Position numbers and translations under genes: made by a program. The notes beneath the pieces were generated by a model, which worked only from the letters and a program-made list of their open reading frames with translations, made no database searches and was not told where the DNA came from. Positions 62,299 through 64,000 of a stretch of 64,000 bases of DNA are shown one piece after another. The first letter of the stretch is position 1. Every line of letters begins with the position of its first letter. The stretch comes from Mytilus californianus (lineage: Eukaryota). The stretch lies in the NCBI RefSeq assembly GCF_021869535.1, contig NW_026262745.1, positions 47,802,001 through 47,866,000 of the forward strand. Direction: 5' to 3'.

Positions 62299-64000
62299 TC
62301 GTGGATTGGGTACCGTTAGTGTTATTGTACTCGGCGAAAGAGTTTGCGTCTATAATTGGTAAATGCATCATTGTATAATTATCATTATCTCAAATATGCG
62401 GTGCAATAAAAACATGATTAAAAGAAGATATTCCCCTTTATTACAAGTTAGTATGTGTCACATTACCTTAATGTATTATATTTTATTACATCTGATACCT
62501 CATGAATGTCATATGGTAACCGTCAAATTTAAAGCAATTAAATTTCACAAAAAGACAACAAAAATAAAGGGTTGAAACAAATATTCCAATATAAATGCGT
62601 CAGACGTCTTTTTTTAAAGACAGTATTTGTAACGATAGCATGTAATGATTATAGACTTTTCAAATGTTTCATTATCAAGGAGCCTCCGTTAGGTCCGAAG
62701 AGTTTCAGTCAATGCTGCTGATAAAGTCAGTTAAAAATTGGTGTACACAGCAATTTCATCAATTTTCTTGTGATGTGGCTTCAATGTCTTAGATGTGATA
62801 GCTGGAACAAATACGATGAAATAAACTTATGTCCGCTTCATGAGTGCTAGAATCTCTTTACTGACTCATAACTTATGACTTGGATGTGACCTCGGAAACT
62901 TTTATTCAATTATGAATGAAATCATTGTCATGTATTTCCTTTTCTGGCTATCTCCTAATTCAATTAATCTGAAGTTGCTAGTTTCGATGTGAAAAAAAAT
63001 TGTTCCAACACAGAATTAAATGTATACTTACAAACTGTTACACATTTGGTATTTATCAAGATGAAAACACATAATAAAACTATTTGAAATCATTTTTTAT
63101 CTATAGTGTCATTATAATGAATACGGACTTATATTGTCCGGAAAGCTATTTCAAAGATAGATGCGAATCAAAAATTCATAATCGATCTTTAGCCTATCAA
63201 ATACAAACTTTGTAACCTTGGAATGATAATTGTATGAGTTTGGACTGAGATTATGCTCAAGATCATATATTAAATGGACCTAATATTACGATATCTTGTG
63301 AATACTCTTTACGTATGGAACGTCTTTTTAATTATTTTTAAAGAATTTGGCATTATCAGTTTTTCAAGGTGAAAATTTAAAAACAAATCAATGTCCATAT
63401 GTGTCACCTACCATGACATTTCCTGACTTATGGAGGTATAACGTCATTGATAGAAACACGCCGTTAACTATGAACATAACTTCACATTTTGTAAAATATA
63501 CTGTATTGAATTATTAGGAGTCCAGATATCCTCAAAATATACGTATATAAGTAAACAGAAAGATCAGAAACAATATTAGACATTTATCAAAGAAGTCCAA
63601 AGAAGTCGTTGTTATGTTAGCATGGTAGATTTTAAATATGTTTATAAGTTGAAGCCTGGTAAAAATAATATAGAAATTGAAGGTAAATCAAACGCTTGCA
63701 AATTAAAGATTTTTTTTCAGATAGTTCATTCAATTTCCTCTGGTATTTAATTGTCGTTTTGGGAGTATTTGTGGAGAAGGTAAACCACTTTACTATGGTT
63801 ACATAAATTTTAAGTTTTTGTTTGAATTTGACATTACTTTATTCTGCATAAATTGATAAACAAAAAAGCCTTCAAAGTGTTTGAAATCTATAAAATTATC
63901 TGCTCTGTAGAGTTTTCATAGATAAAATCATATTAAAATTGCATCATTATAATAGATGCACCGTCATTTGCAAAACTACGCCTTATATATACCGTTACGC

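Overview
AT-rich, intron-containing animal genomic DNA. The repeat families look bivalve, probably mussel (Mytilus-like); this is an inference. Host genes: two head-to-head paralogous single-pass membrane proteins built from uromodulin/GP2/OIT3-type Cys-rich (D8C/D10C) modules. Gene 1 (minus, 15673-8958, 7 exons, about 422 aa) has one module, a mucin stalk and a Tyr-motif-rich tail. Gene 2 (plus, about 26.5-37.7 kb) has three modules. The rest is mobile DNA: a CR1/L2-like LINE fragment, a decayed Ngaro-like tyrosine-recombinase retrotransposon, TTAA MITEs, tRNA-derived SINEs, minimal hammerhead-like motifs and many short Penelope-related repeats. The standout is a near-full-length Penelope-like element (minus, about 53.0-56.7 kb) with an N-terminal GIY-YIG endonuclease, CxC linker and C-terminal RT (Naiad type). 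Its endonuclease has three in-frame UGA codons exactly at conserved Cys positions, and a well-formed type II SECIS hairpin lies just after the ORF end, indicating a selenoprotein-encoding retrotransposon. This copy itself is disabled. Repeat boundaries are approximate and were read by eye.
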